Below are positions 20,619 through 30,476 of a stretch of DNA of 64,000 bases, in pieces. Within the stretch, counting starts at the first letter, position 1. Each line of letters starts with the position of its first letter. The notes under the pieces are model-generated. The model made no database searches and was not told where the DNA came from. It saw only the letters and a list, made by a program, of their open reading frames with translations. Location: contig JBBRCK010000005.1 of the NCBI GenBank assembly GCA_038205015.1, positions 1,656 through 65,655 on the forward strand, written 5' to 3'. Source of the DNA: Candidatus Levyibacteriota bacterium. GTDB lineage: Bacteria > Patescibacteriota > Microgenomatia > Levybacterales > UBA12049. The position numbers were made by a program, and so were the translations under genes.

Positions 20619-23090
20619 ATGGCTGATATCGGTAAACTACAACAAACTGGGATTTCTTCTGAAATGAAACGTGCGTATTTGGATTACGCAATGAGTGTTA
20701 TTGTCTCCCGTGCGCTTCCTGATGTCAGAGACGGATTAAAACCGGTCCATCGAAGAATTCTTTTTGCAATGCACGAGATTAACCTAACGCATAGTGCAAA
20801 ATATTCAAAGAGCGCAACAGTTGTTGGAGAAGTAATGGGAAAATACCATCCCCACGGAGACGTTCCAATTTATGATTCTCTCGTTCGTATGGCACAGGAT
20901 TTCTCCATGCGCTATCCGCTAATTGACGGCCAGGGAAACTTTGGCTCGATGGATGGCGACCCACCGGCAGCAATGAGGTACACCGAAGCAAGAATGGCAG
21001 CAATTACTGCAGAGATGCTTTTGGATATGGAGAAAGAGACCGTAGACTATACTCCTAACTTTGATTCAAGACTTAAAGAACCGGTGTTTTTACCAAGCCT
21101 TCTTCCAAATCTTTTATTAATGGGTGCAGAGGGTATTGCTGTTGGTATGGCAACGAAAATTCCTCCCCATAATTTAGGCGAGGTTATTGACGCAGTGCAG
21201 TATCTTGCAGACAAAGCAAAAATCGGAGTGGAACCAAAAATCTCAATTACATCCGATGTGACAGTTGATGAGCTTTTAGAATTTATCAAAGGACCAGATT
21301 TCCCAACAGCCGGTGCAATTTATGACTGGAATGAAATTAAAAATGTTTATACCACAGGTAGAGGCAGAATTTTGATAAGGGGTAAAGCAGAAATCGAAGA
21401 CATCGGACAGGGAAAAAGTGCCATTATTATTACCGAACTTCCATATCAAGTAAATAAAGCATTACTTGTTGCAAGAATTGCAGAGTTGGCAAAAGATAAA
21501 AAAATAGACGGTATCTCCGACCTTAGAGACGAATCGGATAGACACGGAATAAGAGTTGTGGTTGAACTCAAAAGAGACTCTGCGCCTAAAAAAGTCTTAA
21601 ATAATTTGTTTAAACTAACCAGTCTTCAGACGAGCTTTCCGGCAAACGTTGTCGCCCTGGTTGACGGAACTCCGCAAACTCTTAATCTAAAAACAATCTT
21701 GGAAGAATTTCTAAAACACAGATATTTAGTGGTTAAAAGAAGAAGCGAGTTTGAACTTCGCCAGGCTAAGGCCAGACTCCATATTTTAGAGGGGTTAAAA
21801 ATTGCGGTAGATAATATCGATGCGGTTATCAAAACAATTAGAGAGTCTAAGACTCAAGAGGAAGCAAAACAAAACTTAATGGCAAAATTCAAATTGTCAG
21901 ACCTTCAGGCAACCGCGATTTTGGATATGCAACTTCGTAGATTAGCAGCGCTTGAAAGACAAAAGATTGAAGAGGAGTATCAAATGGTTAAAGAAACCAT
22001 CGATTATCTAGAAGACCTTTTAGCACACCCTGCAAAAATATTAGTTGTTATAAAAGATGAACTTAAAAAGTTAAGAGAAAAATATGCCGATGACAGAAGA
22101 ACAAAAGTTTACAAAAGCAAAGTTGGAGAATTTAGCGATGAAGATTTAATTACCAATGAGCCAACCGTTATAACCTTAACTGATACGGGATATATAAAAA
22201 GACAAAGTCTAACGAGTTTTAAAACACAACACCGTGGAGGAAAAGGAATTAAAGGAATGACCACTAAAGATGAGGATACAATTGCAGATATTAAATACGC
22301 CGAAACCCATGACAACATTTTATTCTTTACCAACAAGGGAAAAGTTTATCAGATTAAAGCATATGAAATAAATGAAAGCTCTAGAACCAGCAAAGGAACA
22401 GCAATAGTAAATCTTTTAAATATCGAAAGCGGAGAAAAAGTAGAAAGCTTTATCAATTATAGAAAAGTTCAGGATGCAAAATATGTTTTCTTAACCACTA
22501 AAAAAGGGACTGTTAAAAAATCGTCTCTAAAAGAATTTGAAAATATTAGAAAGAGTGGAATCCTATCTATAAAATTAGATAAAGACGACGAATTGGTTTG
22601 GAGTAAATTAACCAGAGGTGAAGATGACATACTCTTAGTAACCAGAAACGGAAAATCAATTAGATTCTCAGAAAAAGCAGCCAGACCAATGGGCCGCAAT
22701 ACCAGAGGAGTAAGAGGAATATTAATCGGAAGTGACGATAGGGTTATTCAAATGGATGTCGTTGCAAAAGGCGCAAAGCTGGATGTCTTTACAATTATGG
22801 AAAACGGGCTTGGTAAAAAAACAGCAGTTGAGCAATTTAAAACTCAGGGTAGGGGAGGACAGGGAGTAAAAGTTGCCGAAGTCACTGCAAAAACAGGAAA
22901 AGTTGCATCATCTCAGGTTATTCCTCTTAACGCACAAGAGGTAATCATTACTTCTCAAAAAGGACAGATTGTTAAACTGGAAATAAATTCAATTCCAAGA
23001 CTATCGCGCGCAACACAAGGAGTAATTTTAATGAGATTCTCTAATGAAAACGATCATGTTTCATCAGCAACCTGCATAGAAAGCGCATAA
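20619..23090 (+). CDS. gyrA: DNA gyrase subunit A
   Basis: [35 protein letters not shown], active-site region, C-terminal beta-pinwheel repeats; 823 aa. Confidence 0.95.
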   Translation: MADIGKLQQTGISSEMKRAYLDYAMSVIVSRALPDVRDGLKPVHRRILFAMHEINLTHSAKYSKSATVVGEVMGKYHPHGDVPIYDSLVRMAQDFSMRYPLIDGQGNFGSMDGDPPAAMRYTEARMAAITAEMLLDMEKETVDYTPNFDSRLKEPVFLPSLLPNLLLMGAEGIAVGMATKIPPHNLGEVIDAVQYLADKAKIGVEPKISITSDVTVDELLEFIKGPDFPTAGAIYDWNEIKNVYTTGRGRILIRGKAEIEDIGQGKSAIIITELPYQVNKALLVARIAELAKDKKIDGISDLRDESDRHGIRVVVELKRDSAPKKVLNNLFKLTSLQTSFPANVVALVDGTPQTLNLKTILEEFLKHRYLVVKRRSEFELRQAKARLHILEGLKIAVDNIDAVIKTIRESKTQEEAKQNLMAKFKLSDLQATAILDMQLRRLAALERQKIEEEYQMVKETIDYLEDLLAHPAKILVVIKDELKKLREKYADDRRTKVYKSKVGEFSDEDLITNEPTVITLTDTGYIKRQSLTSFKTQHRGGKGIKGMTTKDEDTIADIKYAETHDNILFFTNKGKVYQIKAYEINESSRTSKGTAIVNLLNIESGEKVESFINYRKVQDAKYVFLTTKKGTVKKSSLKEFENIRKSGILSIKLDKDDELVWSKLTRGEDDILLVTRNGKSIRFSEKAARPMGRNTRGVRGILIGSDDRVIQMDVVAKGAKLDVFTIMENGLGKKTAVEQFKTQGRGGQGVKVAEVTAKTGKVASSQVIPLNAQEVIITSQKGQIVKLEINSIPRLSRATQGVILMRFSNENDHVSSATCIESA

Positions 23091-23921
23091 ATGAAAATTG
23101 ATGGAAAAGAGATTGCTAGCAATATCCTCAAGGATTTAAAAATAAGAGTTGAAAAACTTAAAGAAAAAAAAATTACACCCCACCTTTATATAATTACATT
23201 TGGAAAAAATCCTCAAACTGAAAGCTACCTTCGGCAAAAGCTTTCAAAAGCAGAAATAATCGGAGCAAAAATAACCATCAAAAGATTTTCTCTTAATACT
23301 TCTGCAAGTTCTATTTATAAATTTATAGAGGAACTGAATAAAGATAAAAAAATCCACGGAATAATTATCCAAAGACCACTTATCAAAAGCTTAGATGAAG
23401 AAAAAACTTCCTTGAGTATAAACTTGCCAAAAGACGTTGACGGATTTCATCCTCATTCCAAGTTTTCCGTACCGGTTGCAATTGCGGTAATAAAACTTAT
23501 TGAATCAACTATTGAAAACGAGAGTATCTTGGAATTTTTAAAATCTAAAAAAATTGTGGTAATAGGGAAGGGAACTACTGCAGGAAAACCAGTAATTAAT
23601 CTTTTAGAAAAATACAAGATTAAATTTAAAAAAGTGGATAGTAAAACAAAGGATAAAAATAAAATATTCAAACTGACTGACATTATAATTTCTGCTGTTG
23701 GAAAAAATATTATTAACAAAGAGAATATTAAAAAAGGAGTTGTTCTAATTGGAATCGGAATGCATACTGGTAGCGACGGAGAATTAAAAGGGGATTATAA
23801 TCAGGAAGAAATTGCAAATAAGGTCTCATTTTATACACCAACACCAGGTGGAGTTGGACCGGTAAATGTAGCAATGCTGATGAAAAACTTAGTTGAAGCC
23901 ACTGAAAATCAAAATCTATGA
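23091..23921 (+). CDS. folD: bifunctional methylenetetrahydrofolate dehydrogenase/methenyl-THF cyclohydrolase
   Basis: MKIDGKEIASNILKDLK..., the YLRQKLSKAEIIG region, NAD(P) Rossmann GKGTTAGKP, C-terminal PTPGGVGPVNVAML. Confidence 0.8.
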   Translation: MKIDGKEIASNILKDLKIRVEKLKEKKITPHLYIITFGKNPQTESYLRQKLSKAEIIGAKITIKRFSLNTSASSIYKFIEELNKDKKIHGIIIQRPLIKSLDEEKTSLSINLPKDVDGFHPHSKFSVPVAIAVIKLIESTIENESILEFLKSKKIVVIGKGTTAGKPVINLLEKYKIKFKKVDSKTKDKNKIFKLTDIIISAVGKNIINKENIKKGVVLIGIGMHTGSDGELKGDYNQEEIANKVSFYTPTPGGVGPVNVAMLMKNLVEATENQNL

Positions 23922-24394
23922 TAAAGCTTGCCACAATGGTTTATCTTCTTAAGGGAAATAAAGTTTTATTCTTGGAAAGAAGAAAGGAAAATGACAAGGT
24001 CCATAAACAAGGAATGCATATTCCAATGGGAGGAAAAGTTGAAAAAGGAGAATCTTTAGAAGATTGCATAAAACGTGAAGCGTTAGAAGAATCCGGAATA
24101 AAAGTTAACTCAGTCGATTTAAAAGGAGTTATATATTTTAGGGACTTTGGAGAAAAAAACGCAGATTGGATTGATTACATTTATGCCTCTGATGACTTCA
24201 AAGGTGAACCAAGAGACGGAAATGAAGGAAGTTTTTTGTGGGTTAAGCTAGAAGATTTTAAAAAACTTAATTTATATGAAGGAGATAAGATATTTATAGA
24301 TTATATTTTTAATAAGAAATATAAATTTTTTGTGGTTGAGTTTCTATATAAAAAATATAAACTTCTAGACCACAAGTTATTAAAAGCTTTTTAA
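23918..24394 (+). CDS. NUDIX hydrolase
   Basis: Nudix box GGKVEKGESLEDCIKREALEESGI (Gx5Ex7REUxEExGU). Confidence 0.7.
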   Translation: MIKLATMVYLLKGNKVLFLERRKENDKVHKQGMHIPMGGKVEKGESLEDCIKREALEESGIKVNSVDLKGVIYFRDFGEKNADWIDYIYASDDFKGEPRDGNEGSFLWVKLEDFKKLNLYEGDKIFIDYIFNKKYKFFVVEFLYKKYKLLDHKLLKAF

Positions 24395-24446
24395 ATTCTT
24401 GACAAACTCCCACAATCTGCTAATAATTAATTAGTTATATTTATTT

Positions 24447-24824
24447 ATGGCTTACAAATCATTTAATCAAAGATTTCCTACATTCAAATGGGTATTATTA
24501 CTGGCAGTAGTTTTTGCGCTCCCTCTTACAATGTGGTCATTAAATAATGTCTCCACAAATACACAGCAACATGCAGCATATACTTGTAGTTCGCTTGGAG
24601 GGGCGTGTACGTCTAATACTATTTGCAAAATGGAAGGTTATGGAACAATATCTGGAGGCGTTTGTACAACAGGAAAGGTTTGTTGCAGATTTACAGCACC
24701 AAAGCTACCTACATGCGTATCTAGAGGCGGAAGCTGTGTAATACCTACAATTTGTCATACGGAAGGAAGAGTAGTATTATCGGGAACATCATGTAGTGGA
24801 GTTACTGTTTGCTGCAAATTCTAA
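24447..24824 (+). CDS. secreted/membrane-anchored Cys-rich protein with two tandem six-cysteine (beta-defensin-like spacing) modules
   Basis: N-terminal hydrophobic signal/anchor (FKWVLLLAVVFALPLTMWSL), then two ~37-aa repeats each C-x6-C-x5-C-x12-C-x5-CC (CSSLGGACTSNTICKMEGYGTISGGVCTTGKVCC / CVSRGGSCVIPTICHTEGRVVLSGTSCSGVTVCC). Confidence 0.6.
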   Translation: MAYKSFNQRFPTFKWVLLLAVVFALPLTMWSLNNVSTNTQQHAAYTCSSLGGACTSNTICKMEGYGTISGGVCTTGKVCCRFTAPKLPTCVSRGGSCVIPTICHTEGRVVLSGTSCSGVTVCCKF

Positions 24825-24861
24825 TCCATTCTTGACATAAACCCATTATTTAACTAGGATA

Positions 24862-25653
24862 TTGTATATGAAAAACTTCTACGAACAATTTAAAACCCCA
24901 CTAGTAACAATTGCTGTTATCTTTGTCGCGCTTTTTCTTTACACAAGATTCGCCGGACCCATTCCTTTTTCTGTAAATAGCGTACAAACTACTAAAACAG
25001 ATTTGTTTTCTGCAAACGGGGAAGGAAAAGCAACAGCTGTACCTGACCAAGCAACAATAGATGCTGGTGTCACAGAAACAGCCACAACGGTTTCCGATGC
25101 ACAAAATAAAGTTAACACTAAGGCTCAAAAAATTATTAACGCTGCAAAAACATTAGGATTAACCGATAAGGACATTAAAACAACTAATTATTCTGTGAAT
25201 CCTAATTATGGAACAGGAGAAATTATGCCGATGATGTATCCACAAAGAGGAGGAAATAATATCACAGGATATACCGCAACTCAAAACCTTGAAATAAATG
25301 TAAAAGATTTGGCAAACGTCAATAAAGTAATTGATACGGCTACTCAAAATGGAGCAAATCTTGTGGGAGGTACCAATTTTACATTTAGTGATTCCTTACA
25401 AACTAAACTTGAAAACCAAGCAAGACAAACGGCAATTAACCAGGCAAAACAAAAAGCTCAAGGATTAGCTAGCGCTGCGGGGCTTAGGCTTGGAAGAGTT
25501 GTTAATGTAGTTGAAAATTCAAGTGGCTTTCCGAGACCGATGATGCTTCAGGCAGATAGTTTAGCGAAAACAGCCGAATCAGCTCCTACCAATGTTACTC
25601 CGGGAGAAAATACGGTAACAATAAACGTTGTCATCTACTACGAAACGTATTAA
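24862..25653 (+). CDS. SIMPL-domain (DUF541, YggE-like) periplasmic/secreted protein with N-terminal TM anchor
   Basis: ITGYTATQNLEINVKDLANVNKVIDTA...GANLVGG.NFTFSD...AKQKAQGLASAAGLRLGRVVNVVE, a typical SIMPL pattern. Confidence 0.65.
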   Translation: MYMKNFYEQFKTPLVTIAVIFVALFLYTRFAGPIPFSVNSVQTTKTDLFSANGEGKATAVPDQATIDAGVTETATTVSDAQNKVNTKAQKIINAAKTLGLTDKDIKTTNYSVNPNYGTGEIMPMMYPQRGGNNITGYTATQNLEINVKDLANVNKVIDTATQNGANLVGGTNFTFSDSLQTKLENQARQTAINQAKQKAQGLASAAGLRLGRVVNVVENSSGFPRPMMLQADSLAKTAESAPTNVTPGENTVTINVVIYYETY

Positions 25654-25658
25654 TCTTT

Positions 25659-26507
25659 TTATTTTAAAAACGGGGCGAATATTTTATTATACTTATCAAT
25701 CATATCAAGTCTTTTATTTACTTCGTCATCTCCACCCTTTATTCTTACTTTCGGCTCACCTTGACCACAATAAAGAGCAACTGCTTTAAATAATGCTTGT
25801 TCATAACTTTTACCTTCGGACATTTGCTTTCTAATATTTCTGTCAAGCATCAATGCTGCTGTTGCAGTATCTTCTCTATCACCTCTATGTCTTTCGTGGA
25901 ATGCTTTTGTATATTCCAGTCCATTAAAAGCGTGCTGCCTAAAATCATTACTCCATCCTATATCTATTTGATATGACCCTTGGACTCTTGAGCTGGCGCG
26001 TGACTTATCAAATGCTCTTGAATTTGGATCTGAGCCTCCACTTTCTTTTTCCTGAGTTACAAATAAAACAATCCATGAAACTTTAGGGTATTTTTTATGA
26101 GCTGCAAGATAAAAGGGTAAATTGCCATGTAAATCAGCTAATATATTATTGTTAAATTTATCGGAGTTTTTTGCAAATTTATAAATAGCATTTGCTTCAT
26201 CTTTAACTTTTTGTGTTTGTTGTTCCTTGTGTGACAACGGCTTCTCCGAAGCAACAGGCGAAGAAGTAGGCGAAGCAACAGGCGAAGGAATAGTTATAGT
26301 TAAATCGTCTGATTTAGGCTGATTATAATCTAAAACCAAAGGATAAAATTCTTCACGCGCAGTTGGAACAAAAATACTAGGATCTCTTCCTTCAGCTGGA
26401 GCAGTTGCTGTTAAAACTGTTCCAGCAACAAGAAAAGACGCGGCAAGTCGCGTTCTTCTGTCTTTAATAATTGTTCTAGCTAAATCTAAGCTTCTTAATT
26501 TTTCCAT
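25659..26507 (-). CDS. secreted hypothetical protein (start at the internal Met MEKLRSLDLARTIIKDRRTRLAASFLVAG...)
   Basis: RR-containing signal peptide, a Pro/Ser-rich linker (PSPVASPTSSPVASEKP), and a C-terminal ~180-aa domain with an E-S-G-G-S...QGSYQI segment faintly reminiscent of lysozyme-like/transglycosylase folds. The long-ORF N-terminus overlaps the next gene and looks non-coding. Confidence 0.45.
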   Translation of the reverse strand: MEKLRSLDLARTIIKDRRTRLAASFLVAGTVLTATAPAEGRDPSIFVPTAREEFYPLVLDYNQPKSDDLTITIPSPVASPTSSPVASEKPLSHKEQQTQKVKDEANAIYKFAKNSDKFNNNILADLHGNLPFYLAAHKKYPKVSWIVLFVTQEKESGGSDPNSRAFDKSRASSRVQGSYQIDIGWSNDFRQHAFNGLEYTKAFHERHRGDREDTATAALMLDRNIRKQMSEGKSYEQALFKAVALYCGQGEPKVRIKGGDDEVNKRLDMIDKYNKIFAPFLK

Positions 26508-26644
26508 AAAAAGTGTTCCCGTTAAGTAATTTGAAGATGAAAACCCCAAAAGAGGAAATAATCTGTATTTATTATAGGGTATGGTATTAGCCTCTGTCAA
26601 CCCCTTATTTGACAACTTATATAAATAAATATAAGATAATTCAA

Positions 26645-27259
26645 ATGAAATATATCTTACCGGCCATATCAGTAATAATTTTAGCCATAATTGTTGGAAT
26701 AGGAGCATTTTATCTTGGACAAAAAACCCTAAATAATAGTCAAGCGGCGACAATACTAACAATCACGGAAAAAGTAAATAATCAAGTAACTCCTAAGCTT
26801 ACCCCAACACCCAACCAAAACCGAGTAATTCAAGCAGGTGGAGCAATAATTTTTTCAAAATATAGCCTTAAACTACCAGAGGGATGGACATCAGAAAGAG
26901 AACAGGGAAAAGATATTGACAAATTAACGCTTACAAAGCTCGGTTATAAGCTGGTGATATACGAAGCAGCTTTTGGTGGCAGTGGATGTCTTTATCCAGA
27001 CGATGCACCTTCGGAAATGGCTCAAAAATTTGTATCTTTTGTAGAAATTTTAAATCCAAACGGATTTGTGTTCAGAAGGGGACAAAGTGATAGTCTTCCT
27101 AATACCTATACTATTTGCCAAAAAAATACAGCTGATAGCTCTTTTGGCTCTCCAACTAATTTCGGAGCAATAAGCCTGACAACTCCAGGAACTCCTGATA
27201 AAAATGCTGTTGTTTTCCCCGAAACAGATGCAATTATTGCGTCTTTAAACAAAGAGTAA
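26645..27259 (+). CDS. membrane-anchored hypothetical protein
   Basis: Internal Met MKYILPAISVIILAIIVGIGAFYLG, a signal-anchor; extracytoplasmic ~180-aa domain, no known motif. Confidence 0.45.
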   Translation: MKYILPAISVIILAIIVGIGAFYLGQKTLNNSQAATILTITEKVNNQVTPKLTPTPNQNRVIQAGGAIIFSKYSLKLPEGWTSEREQGKDIDKLTLTKLGYKLVIYEAAFGGSGCLYPDDAPSEMAQKFVSFVEILNPNGFVFRRGQSDSLPNTYTICQKNTADSSFGSPTNFGAISLTTPGTPDKNAVVFPETDAIIASLNKE

Positions 27260-27260
27260 T

Positions 27261-28259
27261 CTACTTATTTCCACTATGAAAAGCCCTATGGGCATCACGA
27301 AGCTGAGGATCTGTAACGTGAGTATAAATTTGGGTTGTCGCAATATTTTTATGTCCAAGCATTATTTGAACAGACCGAATATCCGCTCCATTTGATAAAA
27401 GATCTGTTGCAAAACTATGTCTTAAAGTATGGACAGAGGGATCTTTGGTAAGCCTAATAAGTTTAGCGTATTTTTTTACAATTCTTTCAATCGACCTTGC
27501 GGTAAGTCTCATCCTCTCTCCTTCATTATCCTCAATGACTGCCCCCGAATATCGTATAAAAAGAGGCTTAAATTTATCCTTTCTTTCTTTTAAATATCTC
27601 TCTATCCAATCGGCAGCTCTGTCCGACACGAAAACCAACCTATGCTTTCTTCCTTTGCCAATAACGCCGAATTCGCGCCTTTCTAAATTAATCTGCTCTT
27701 TGTTTAAGCTGACAAGTTCGGATACACGAAGCCCTGTTGAAAAAAGAAGCTCTAGAATTGCCCTATCACGTATACCATCTTCTTTGGAGGTATCACAGGC
27801 TGTCACAAGCCTATCTACCTCATCTTTCTCCAGAAACTTAACTTCTTTTATCTCAGCTCTGGGAAGGTCAATTTTTGATGGCTCTAAGGTTTTAAAGTCA
27901 TTCTTTATTAAGAAACGAAGAAAACTTCTTAGGGCTATTACATAATAGTTTTGAGTAACTCTTTGAAGAGCAATTTCGCCTTTTATATCTAACTTATTTG
28001 CCAAAAAAACTCTATATTTTCTAATTGTTGGAAGATCTAAGTCCTCTACTGTTTTATCAGGTAGGGAAGTGAAATACCAGTCGCTAAAGACTTTTAGATA
28101 ATGCCTATAATCACGAAGTGTAAGTTTTGAACAATTTTTTTCAATTTCTAAATATTCTAAGAATTGATCAATTAAACCGGGTAATTCGTTGTTCATATTC
28201 TGCGACATGACTAATTTATTATGCGACATAAAAGAATCATTTGTCAAATTTGACCTCAT
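27261..28259 (-). CDS. xerC: tyrosine site-specific recombinase (XerC/XerD-like, phage-integrase family)
   Basis: N-terminal core-binding FLEYLEIEKNCSKLTLRDYRHYL; catalytic R..HxxR..Y block HTLRHSFATDLLSNGADIRSVQIMLGHKNIATTQIYTHV. The probable start is an internal Met (MSQNMNNELPG..). Confidence 0.8.
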   Translation of the reverse strand: MRSNLTNDSFMSHNKLVMSQNMNNELPGLIDQFLEYLEIEKNCSKLTLRDYRHYLKVFSDWYFTSLPDKTVEDLDLPTIRKYRVFLANKLDIKGEIALQRVTQNYYVIALRSFLRFLIKNDFKTLEPSKIDLPRAEIKEVKFLEKDEVDRLVTACDTSKEDGIRDRAILELLFSTGLRVSELVSLNKEQINLERREFGVIGKGRKHRLVFVSDRAADWIERYLKERKDKFKPLFIRYSGAVIEDNEGERMRLTARSIERIVKKYAKLIRLTKDPSVHTLRHSFATDLLSNGADIRSVQIMLGHKNIATTQIYTHVTDPQLRDAHRAFHSGNK

Positions 28260-28290
28260 TTAACCAAATTTGCTATAATCCTTTGTTATT

Positions 28291-28863
28291 ATGGATGAAA
28301 GAGGTAAAAATCCACCATCTGAAGTTATTTATAATCCGCTTCAGGAGAGGCAGAAAAAAATAACCGAGTTTAGACAAAATTTCGGATTATTTTTAGACGA
28401 AAAGAGTTCAAATATAACTCTTGTAAACATTCCCTTTGTGAAAGATATACAAAAACTGATTGTTGCTAATTTTATTAACGGCGTTCCTGCGCCTTTTGAA
28501 TATAACGGTCTGGATAAAGAGCTATTGGAAGTTATCGAAAGATATAAAAAAAGTTATACTCCGGCCACCTTATTAATTGATACTTTTAAATTAGAGGAAT
28601 TTATAGATATGCCCGAAAGCTTAAGACCGTTTGTTGGAAGCGAAATTAAAGCTGTTTCAGAAATTCACGAATTAGTTTCAATGCCAAAACAAGGAGCAAG
28701 CGTCTCAGAAGTAAGGTATTTCTCCTCTGAGTACGAAGACTTACCAATTCATGAATTATGGCAGGCGCAAAGATATAACTTAGATTACGATACTCCCCAG
28801 GATCATTCAAAAACAGGCTTCGGACTACTTATTCCAACACCACAAATTATAAAAGTTAGCTAA
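28291..28863 (+). CDS. hypothetical protein (190 aa)
   Basis: Preceded by an extended -10 TGcTATAAT ~11 nt from the ATG; no recognisable domain. Confidence 0.45.
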   Translation: MDERGKNPPSEVIYNPLQERQKKITEFRQNFGLFLDEKSSNITLVNIPFVKDIQKLIVANFINGVPAPFEYNGLDKELLEVIERYKKSYTPATLLIDTFKLEEFIDMPESLRPFVGSEIKAVSEIHELVSMPKQGASVSEVRYFSSEYEDLPIHELWQAQRYNLDYDTPQDHSKTGFGLLIPTPQIIKVS

Positions 28864-28933
28864 AAACCCCAATAGATAAATTCTAAAACTAATAAAATTG
28901 ACAAGTTAATATTTTTAATGATAATCTAAATCT

Positions 28934-29584
28934 ATGTCCGATCGTAATAATGAACGAGCTCATGTTGAGCACGCGTTTCACGTTGGAGAAAGACGGGAAG
29001 AGCGCAAAAAACTCACTCGAAGAATTAGAAATACCGTAGCCGCAGTTGGAGTAGCAGCAGCATTAAGTCAAACCCCAATTCCGGGGGCCGCGGCTGATTA
29101 TTTAAGTAATATCGGCGTAGACCAAAATAGACCGACTGCAACCGAAGCCAATATGGGAGGAACAACCACCATTACGCTAGATGAAGTTCACTTAGAAAAC
29201 GGTCATACTGTTATCTGGCCTATTTTAAGAAAGAATCCTGCAATTCATGATGGAAAAGATGGCTTAAGCCCTAATGTTGTAAATTGGACTGACGTAGAAA
29301 CCATAAATCATACTCCAATTGACGCTAAATCAGGAACCGAGATTACCATAGCAAACCCAACTTTTGTTATGGGAGAAAATACCGAAGGATCACTGTCCCA
29401 AAAGGGACTTTGGGAAGTTTTGGATATCGTAAAAAAAGATGGCACAGAAGAATTAGATTATGTCAGCGTTAGTGGTAATACCGGAGGCTTCGTAGACTTT
29501 GAACCTAAAGGAATAATGACTCCTATAAGCCAGGCAAATACAACCTTAGAAGATAAATTAGATATTACGACAGTTACACCTTAA
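28934..29584 (+). CDS. hypothetical secreted protein with RR-containing signal peptide (216 aa)
   Basis: KKLTRRIRNTVAAVGVAAALSQTPIPGAAA signal-like N-terminus; beta-rich, Thr/Asn-rich body; TTGACA-N16-GATAAT promoter 8 nt upstream of the ATG. Confidence 0.45.
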   Translation: MSDRNNERAHVEHAFHVGERREERKKLTRRIRNTVAAVGVAAALSQTPIPGAAADYLSNIGVDQNRPTATEANMGGTTTITLDEVHLENGHTVIWPILRKNPAIHDGKDGLSPNVVNWTDVETINHTPIDAKSGTEITIANPTFVMGENTEGSLSQKGLWEVLDIVKKDGTEELDYVSVSGNTGGFVDFEPKGIMTPISQANTTLEDKLDITTVTP

Positions 29585-29585
29585 G

Positions 29586-30392
29586 CTACTTAAAAATATC
29601 TTTCTTTTCTAATTTCCCGGGAAATTTGTTATCAAAAAATAAGTTTGCGATTTTATAAACTCTTTCCGGCGCATCGGTTACATAAAATTTTATTTTTGGC
29701 TTATTCTTTGCATTAACTAAATTATCTTCCTCCAAAAGCTTTTTTAAAGCCTCTGCCGTAGGACTAGCCGAATCAATCAGTTGAATATTTTTCCCGACTG
29801 TTTTTTGAATTAAGTTCTTTAAAATTGGATAATGCGTGCAGCCTAAAATTAGAATATCAACTTGAGAATTCTTATAAACCCTAAGATATTCATCTGCAAT
29901 CAATTTTGAAGCTTTATGAGAAATAAAACCTTCTTCTGCCAACGGCACAAATAAAGGGCAGGCTCTAGCAATAATTTTAAGCTTTTTATCTTGTAAGATA
30001 AGCTTTTTTTCATAGGCCTTACTATTTATTGTTGCTCTAGTACCTATTACGCCGATTCTATGTGTCTTGGAAGCTTTTAGAGCCTTTAAAACAGTAGGTT
30101 CTATTACACCGATAACCGGAACAGGTGAAATTTTTTGAATCTCTTTTAAAGAAGTTGCCGAAATAGTATTACATGCTACCACCAGTGCCTTAACTTTTTG
30201 TTTTAATAGAAATCTTGTAAGTTCTAAAGAAAATTTTGTAATTGTCTTTTTATCTCTAACTCCATACGGAACTCTTGCCGTATCTCCAAGATAGATTATA
30301 GATTCTCTAGGCAAAAGCTTAATAATTGCCTTAACAACGGTCAAGCCTCCTATGCCTGAGTCGAAAATACCGATTGGAAGATTACTGGCCAT
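29586..30392 (-). CDS. murI: glutamate racemase
   Basis: From the internal Met MASNLPIGIFDSGIGGLTVVKAI..., the Asp/Glu racemase signatures (..YLGDTARVPYG.., ..LVVACNTISA.., ..LGCTHYPIL..). Confidence 0.85.
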   Translation of the reverse strand: MASNLPIGIFDSGIGGLTVVKAIIKLLPRESIIYLGDTARVPYGVRDKKTITKFSLELTRFLLKQKVKALVVACNTISATSLKEIQKISPVPVIGVIEPTVLKALKASKTHRIGVIGTRATINSKAYEKKLILQDKKLKIIARACPLFVPLAEEGFISHKASKLIADEYLRVYKNSQVDILILGCTHYPILKNLIQKTVGKNIQLIDSASPTAEALKKLLEEDNLVNAKNKPKIKFYVTDAPERVYKIANLFFDNKFPGKLEKKDIFK

Positions 30393-30476
30393 ATGAAGCA
30401 TGATTATACCACTCTCGAAGCTGGAGAATGTCAATAGTAGGAAATTTTTACAAAATTTAGCTTCAATTAGCCTCAA

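Noticed and set aside
27445-27945. 166-aa ORF antisense to the tyrosine recombinase
   Set aside because: Ser/Leu-rich low-complexity sequence, fully inside the xer CDS.
28934-29584. Relationship between the SLSQK peptide in this protein and the ...LSQK C-termini in the 9.7-10.9 kb island
   Set aside because: The peptide similarity is only 5 residues and the underlying DNA differs; treated as coincidence.
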